Positions 59,073-64,000 of a stretch of 64,000 bases of DNA are shown here, piece by piece. Each line of letters starts with the position of its first letter. Position 1 is the first letter of the stretch. The position numbers were made by a program, and so were the translations under genes. Under the pieces are notes generated by a model that was not told the origin of the DNA, made no database searches, and saw only the letters and a program-made list of their open reading frames with translations. Origin of the DNA: Bacteroidota bacterium (GTDB taxonomy: Bacteria; Bacteroidota; Bacteroidia; UBA4408); assembly GCA_037131955.1 (NCBI GenBank), contig JBAXQC010000006.1, positions 2,388-66,387 of the forward strand, given 5' to 3'.

Positions 59073-59140
59073 ATTTTATTTATTTAATTGCTCGCAAATG
59101 TAAAATTTAGATTTAATTTTTACTAAAGCTTTTAAATAAT

Positions 59141-62100
59141 TTATTGAGCAATTGTAAACCTTAACTGAATTCCAATATTTGAATTGCTTGTTGGAAATGT
59201 TGTAGTAACTAATGGAGTGTTCATTATTCTATCGTAAAACAACCTAATATTTAACCGTTGATTTATCACATAATCTGCATTCATTCTAATTGAAACAACA
59301 TTTTGGCCTGCAGTAATTTGATTTATTTCTGATTCTATTTGCCTAATGGTTGTTTGATTTCTCCTAAAGGAAACATCTAATCTGAGGTTTAAATCGCTTT
59401 TTAGATTCCAGCCATATCGTTTGCTAAATGGTGGAATTACGTCTTTAAATTTATAGCCAACACCTGTTACAATTTCATTGGTTCGCAATTCTGTTATTTG
59501 ACTGTTTGCCATGCTTAATGAAATATTTCTGTCTCGTTTTAATTCGAGCTTTGTTACTAAGCTATTTTGCATTGTTCCATCAAAGCCAATCAAAGGCGAA
59601 AGTTGTTCAGATAGTGTTACAACTTGAATTTCTTTTTGTGGCAAAAAGTTTTCTTTTAAATCTCTTTTGGTGCTGTTTCCATTGCCATCACTCACAAAAA
59701 ACTGATTGGTAGTGTAGGATGCAATGCTAAATGTAGAGCGATATGCATGAGAAACCACTAAAGTTTTGTAGTATTTTTTAACAGCTTCTAGTTTTGCCAA
59801 TCCATCGTAGTTTAATCTCCAATTTGGTTTAGGCATTTGTTTAAAGAAATCTAATGGAACTTCACCTATTGGGGTTTTTGTATAAGCGGCAAAAAATGCA
59901 GGAATCAGAACATCTTGCTGTGTTTTTCCATAGCCATCATAATAGCCGGTGCTGTCCACAATATTATTTGAAGTTAATCCTCTTCCTTCTGCAATAGATT
60001 TTGAAACTTCTCTACGGTTTTCTAAAAACTGAGAAAACACCGCAGATGATTTGGTGAGCTTGTCCTCTTTTACAAATGCTGTACCAATAGAGATAATTGA
60101 TATGCTATAACTTCCGGTTTCGTTGGGGCTATTTATTGAGTATTGGCCGGTAATGGGGTCATATTTATAAATTCCTGTATTGTTTTTTGTGGCAATTCTT
60201 GACCAGTTTAATTCTATTTTAAAATCTTTGAAAGGCTCTAAAGAAACTTTCCCTGTAAAATTGGAATTATAACTTCGGGTAAAAAAAGTATTTATTTCTG
60301 ATGATTTTGTAACCCAGCCAAATTCATTTGCATTTTGAAGAATTTTATTGCTTTGGTCGCCTAATACAAATGGAATTCCAGGAGCTGAGGACCTTGAAAA
60401 ATTCACATCGCTTAATCCAAAAACTTTCGTAGCTGGCAAATATCCTGGCAAACTGGTTCCTCTGCCTTCGCTATAATTTGCTGAAGCTGTTTTTAGCATC
60501 ATAATAAATTTTAAGCCGTTTACAATTATTGGATCTAAAACTTTTTCTGCTTTTTTTATAGAATCTTCTTTTGCTTTTAATGCAAGTTTTTGTTCTTTGG
60601 TCATCAATTTTTTAGCAGCCTTTTCTTTTTCTATTTCTTCCTTAGATTTTTTTGGTTTTTCTTTTTTTGGTGGAGGACTATTTATTTTCTTCAGGAATTT
60701 AGATTTGTTGTAAAGTGTATTAAATGTAAAATTTATGTTCCCTGCTTTTTGATTTGAATTGGTAATGGTATTGGCAATGGCTACAGAATCTCCCGAAGCT
60801 TGTTGTCTAATAATATTTGGAGGAGCAGAAATCCAATCAAAGTTTGCCGTGTATTTCAAACTGGAAGTAATCCAGTTTGTGAGCGGAAACTTTGAAAATG
60901 GCACGGTGTAATTGGCATTTATTGTTTGATGAAATGCCGTTGTTCTGCCACCTCTTTTTAAATTGGCAATTACAGAATCTCTTTTGGTATATCCCGGATT
61001 ATTTAAGGGGTCTAACTGTGTGGTATCTATTCTTCCTTGTGGTTCGTCAATCCTACTAGTGTTAGTTGCAGTATAATCAAAGTTTAGCGATTTAGTGAGG
61101 TCGTATTTAAAATCATACATCCTATTCATGTTAAACTTTTTATCAAAAAAGGAATTAATCCTAAAATTAGGATTTTCTATATTTCGTGCTCTAGTTTCTA
61201 TTATGTTTCTCTCTACATCAGTTCTAAATGAAAGTCTTGAAGGCATTGTTCCTATGGCCAGGTCGGTGAGTAATTTAAAATAGTCGGATTTTAAGGCCTT
61301 AATTTTTGCAAAAGGTTTTATTGTTTTTGCATTCATGGTAAAGTTGTATGCCACTGCAGCTTTATGATTTTGAGCTGTATTATTTTCGATGTTTATGTTT
61401 CTTCTAAAAATTTCTGTGTAAGCATAGCTCAATGTTATATTTTCTATATCATAAAAATGTGAACCTTTTGCCCCTTGTCCTTTGTCTTTTTTTACATTGG
61501 TAAAATTTAAGCTTTTCCGCTTTGTATAATCTTGCGTTATTCTTCTTGATTCATCTCTTTTATTAGCATCTTCTATACTTTGTAAAGATTGCCTGTATGG
61601 AATATCTGGGTTTAATGGGTCGAACATTGGATTGATAAATCCTTCGGAAAAACCAAAAAACATAGGAATATTAAAATTGTATTTAGAAGGTAAAAACTTT
61701 TGTAGGCGAACAGTTGAACTAAAGTCATATAAAAAAGAATTTTCTTGGCTTCGTTCATTTATTTTTTGCTCTAATCCACCAAAGCCTTGCGTTTTTATAT
61801 TTCCTGTTAGCGTAACATCTGCAAAGTCAGCCATCTTTGCTTGCATTCTTGCATTTGCTGCCCATCCACCTCTTTCATCAAAATCAGTTAACCTAAGTTC
61901 GTTCACCCACACTTCGGCACATTTTGCCAGTCCATCATCGGTTTTATCCTGAAAGCCAATTTTCTTTGGATTTCTAACTCCAACCATTATTGTTTTTACA
62001 CTGGCCAAATTTGGATTTCCTACTACGTAAATATTTTCATCAGGATTGGATGGATCGTTGTACAAGTACCTTTGATTAATGTCGTAACTGCTGTTGTTCC

Positions 62101-64000
62101 TTGCTAATTTTGCATTTAACAGCCGCGAAAATTCTAAATCTACTTCATTGTCTACGGGCCAAATACCTGCGGGGTCTGTTGTTCCCCAAGGAGTAAAGTT
62201 TAATGGCAAATCTATTTCATAATAATTTTGGTCAAAGTCTGTACCCACTCTCATAAAGAATCGTAATTCACCTTTTTTTATGCTCTCTTCTTTAAATGCT
62301 TCGGCATGTACAAACATTCTTAAGCGTTTGTAACGTCGTATATCAATGCTTAAATTTCTATATGCAGCCTTGGCTCTTCCATCTGCCAAATCACAAACTC
62401 TGAGCACAAGGGCTTGCTCATTCAATTGCCTCAAATTTGCTTGGGTAGGGTCTATTACCCTGGCTATACCGGGAGGCAATACATACTTTATGGGTTGTCT
62501 GTCTCCATTTTCCTCTAGGTTTACAGCCGAAATATCAAACAAAGTTGAACTAAATTTATCGTCTGCAACGTACTCCCCAGGAGCGTTAATATCAAATAGG
62601 TATTTTCTCCAATCTCCTCTAATAAGTTCAAGTCTGGCAAGCCTTAGCACAATAGAGTCAGAAAATCCTTTCATGTACATTCTCATAAAACGAATGGAGC
62701 GGAAGTCAGAAATTTCACCAACTTTCCTTTCCGGATTTCTTAGTGGAATTTTAAATTGGTACCATTTAATTGTTCTACTTCTTTTGTCTTTGGTGTTTAC
62801 AGATGTTTCAAAAATATCAGTAATGTTATTTTCACCAATTACCATGTTGTTTCTGTCAATTTTTATTTTGTATTGAAAATAGGCTTCGTTGTAATTTAAA
62901 TTGTTGTCTCTATTAATGTCTTCGGTGTTAGGCAAATTTGTAGATGAAATTGGATAACCGTTTGGTTGGTCAACACTGGAGTTTCCCTCTGTTCCCCCAT
63001 AGTTTTTATAACGGTTTTGTATAGAAAGTTGTGCAGCATCTTCCGCTGGGCCTCTAAAATAACTAAAGTTATCAGACGAAGGGTCGTTTTGAATTCTACT
63101 GAATGCAGCAGGATTTAACTGACTTTGGATTTCGGTTAAAAAGGATGAAAATTTGGTTCTTTCATTTTCATCGTCCAAACCATCCATTCCAACATCTTGA
63201 AATGGTCTGGCAGAAGGCAATGCATCAAAAGCATTTACAACTGCAGGAATCTTCGGCACCCTACCCCAGTTAGTTGTTCCTACTTTTGTTGAATCTACAG
63301 TTCCATCAATTGGCAAGCCATTTTCAAAATATTTTCTGTTGTCGGGTATTAAATCTTCAGACACATCTCCTAAATTAAAATATAACTCTCCGGAGTTGTT
63401 TGGGTTGGGGTTGTCCTCGTTAAACGGATCCATCATCCACACTTGAATGAACTCTATGTTGGCAGTTTCAAAATCGTTATTTTCTATTCTCCTCATTATT
63501 CCAGACCACCTGCTGGAAGGCAATTTTAGTGTTCCATCGGCATTTATTCCAGCAGAAATATCTGTTCCATTTAAACCCCTGTCGTAGTTGTATTGCCCAC
63601 GCTGATTTGGATAATAGGATAAATCTAAAATTGGAATATTGGGCAACGAAGCATTTTGCAACTGTTTATTAGGGAAAACTTCTCGTTCTAACACTTCTCT
63701 GGTATTGTGGTTAGATTGAAGTGCTGTGTTGTTTCTAATGTGTTCAGGGGTTAGATTTCCGTTCTGAAAAAATAAGGGGTCTACTGTGTACCACGAAAGC
63801 TTGGCTCTGTTGTATCCATACCTTAAATCGGTACTGTATTTTGTTTCGGGAAATAAATCTGTTTGTCCCTGTGGAATACTTGCCAAAAACCAATTAAATT
63901 GCTGTCTTAAATCAATAACTGATTGTGTGGCTTCAAAGTCATCAATGTATGAAATTCCTTCTTTAGAAATTGCTCGTGAATGTCCGGGTATTAATTGTGC
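59141..64000 (-). CDS. sprA: T9SS translocon / cell-surface protein SprA (Sov homologue), 5' end lies beyond the window
   Basis: >1619 aa within the window. The track's M at 63886 is a TTG. The reading frame stays open with no stop from 63887 to 64000 (...AQLIPGHSRAISKEGISYIDDFEATQSVIDLRQQFNWFLASIPQGQ...), so the gene is truncated by the window edge. Very large beta-rich protein with a Lys/Glu-rich linker (KKEKPKKSKEEIEKEKAAKK...) and C-terminal ...GIQLRFTIAQ. The adjacent gcvH synteny is typical for sprA in Bacteroidota. Confidence 0.7.
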   Translation of the reverse strand, partial: AQLIPGHSRAISKEGISYIDDFEATQSVIDLRQQFNWFLASIPQGQTDLFPETKYSTDLRYGYNRAKLSWYTVDPLFFQNGNLTPEHIRNNTALQSNHNTREVLEREVFPNKQLQNASLPNIPILDLSYYPNQRGQYNYDRGLNGTDISAGINADGTLKLPSSRWSGIMRRIENNDFETANIEFIQVWMMDPFNEDNPNPNNSGELYFNLGDVSEDLIPDNRKYFENGLPIDGTVDSTKVGTTNWGRVPKIPAVVNAFDALPSARPFQDVGMDGLDDENERTKFSSFLTEIQSQLNPAAFSRIQNDPSSDNFSYFRGPAEDAAQLSIQNRYKNYGGTEGNSSVDQPNGYPISSTNLPNTEDINRDNNLNYNEAYFQYKIKIDRNNMVIGENNITDIFETSVNTKDKRSRTIKWYQFKIPLRNPERKVGEISDFRSIRFMRMYMKGFSDSIVLRLARLELIRGDWRKYLFDINAPGEYVADDKFSSTLFDISAVNLEENGDRQPIKYVLPPGIARVIDPTQANLRQLNEQALVLRVCDLADGRAKAAYRNLSIDIRRYKRLRMFVHAEAFKEESIKKGELRFFMRVGTDFDQNYYEIDLPLNFTPWGTTDPAGIWPVDNEVDLEFSRLLNAKLARNNSSYDINQRYLYNDPSNPDENIYVVGNPNLASVKTIMVGVRNPKKIGFQDKTDDGLAKCAEVWVNELRLTDFDERGGWAANARMQAKMADFADVTLTGNIKTQGFGGLEQKINERSQENSFLYDFSSTVRLQKFLPSKYNFNIPMFFGFSEGFINPMFDPLNPDIPYRQSLQSIEDANKRDESRRITQDYTKRKSLNFTNVKKDKGQGAKGSHFYDIENITLSYAYTEIFRRNINIENNTAQNHKAAVAYNFTMNAKTIKPFAKIKALKSDYFKLLTDLAIGTMPSRLSFRTDVERNIIETRARNIENPNFRINSFFDKKFNMNRMYDFKYDLTKSLNFDYTATNTSRIDEPQGRIDTTQLDPLNNPGYTKRDSVIANLKRGGRTTAFHQTINANYTVPFSKFPLTNWITSSLKYTANFDWISAPPNIIRQQASGDSVAIANTITNSNQKAGNINFTFNTLYNKSKFLKKINSPPPKKEKPKKSKEEIEKEKAAKKLMTKEQKLALKAKEDSIKKAEKVLDPIIVNGLKFIMMLKTASANYSEGRGTSLPGYLPATKVFGLSDVNFSRSSAPGIPFVLGDQSNKILQNANEFGWVTKSSEINTFFTRSYNSNFTGKVSLEPFKDFKIELNWSRIATKNNTGIYKYDPITGQYSINSPNETGSYSISIISIGTAFVKEDKLTKSSAVFSQFLENRREVSKSIAEGRGLTSNNIVDSTGYYDGYGKTQQDVLIPAFFAAYTKTPIGEVPLDFFKQMPKPNWRLNYDGLAKLEAVKKYYKTLVVSHAYRSTFSIASYTTNQFFVSDGNGNSTKRDLKENFLPQKEIQVVTLSEQLSPLIGFDGTMQNSLVTKLELKRDRNISLSMANSQITELRTNEIVTGVGYKFKDVIPPFSKRYGWNLKSDLNLRLDVSFRRNQTTIRQIESEINQITAGQNVVSIRMNADYVINQRLNIRLFYDRIMNTPLVTTTFPTSNSNIGIQLRFTIAQ

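Noticed and set aside
59506-62876. Plus-strand ORFs antisense to sprA (59506..59712, 61095..61283, 61632..61952, 62346..62876)
   Set aside because: Embedded antisense in the sprA coding region. The 176-aa one is Ser/Leu-rich low complexity typical of antisense frames in AT-rich genes.

Overview
This window is a low-GC Bacteroidota chromosomal segment, most likely a gliding Flavobacteriia/Cytophagia-type organism given the T9SS and SprA genes. Gene density is high: about 50 CDS, with no rRNA, tRNA or CRISPR arrays recognisable by eye. Housekeeping genes are fabG, lhgO, accB-accC, sucA, acs, fcl, holB, tsaB, gcvH and sufE with a SufT-like DUF59 gene and a DUF2480 gene. Accessory content is as follows. 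(i) A complete T9SS type-B cargo module: a 3107-aa beta-helix plus Ig-like-repeat adhesin with a type-B CTD, followed by PorP/SprF-like and PorE-like OmpA genes, and a 3'-truncated sprA at the window edge. (ii) A perfect in-frame 2 x 438-bp tandem duplication inside the adhesin gene. (iii) A periplasmic beta-propeller/Y_Y_Y sensor fused to a PP2C (SpoIIE-like) phosphatase instead of a histidine kinase, flanked by a small beta-barrel gene and a USP gene. (iv) Scattered phenylacetate-catabolic genes (paaA, paaD, paaZ) in a non-operonic, partly convergent arrangement, with a lone CoA-transferase B subunit. (v) A class-II Fic AMPylase with direct repeats upstream. (vi) A WYL-domain regulator preceded by a structured leader. 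(vii) A secreted cyclophilin-FKBP dual PPIase. (viii) An orphan T9SS CTD-only ORF. (ix) Tandem TPR/membrane paralogues next to a long YidD-like gene. I could not recognise a canonical defence island (no RM, CRISPR-Cas, RT or toxin-nuclease cluster). The candidates for under-described biology are the sensor-phosphatase module, the adhesin locus with its recent duplication, and the WYL/Fic regulatory oddities.
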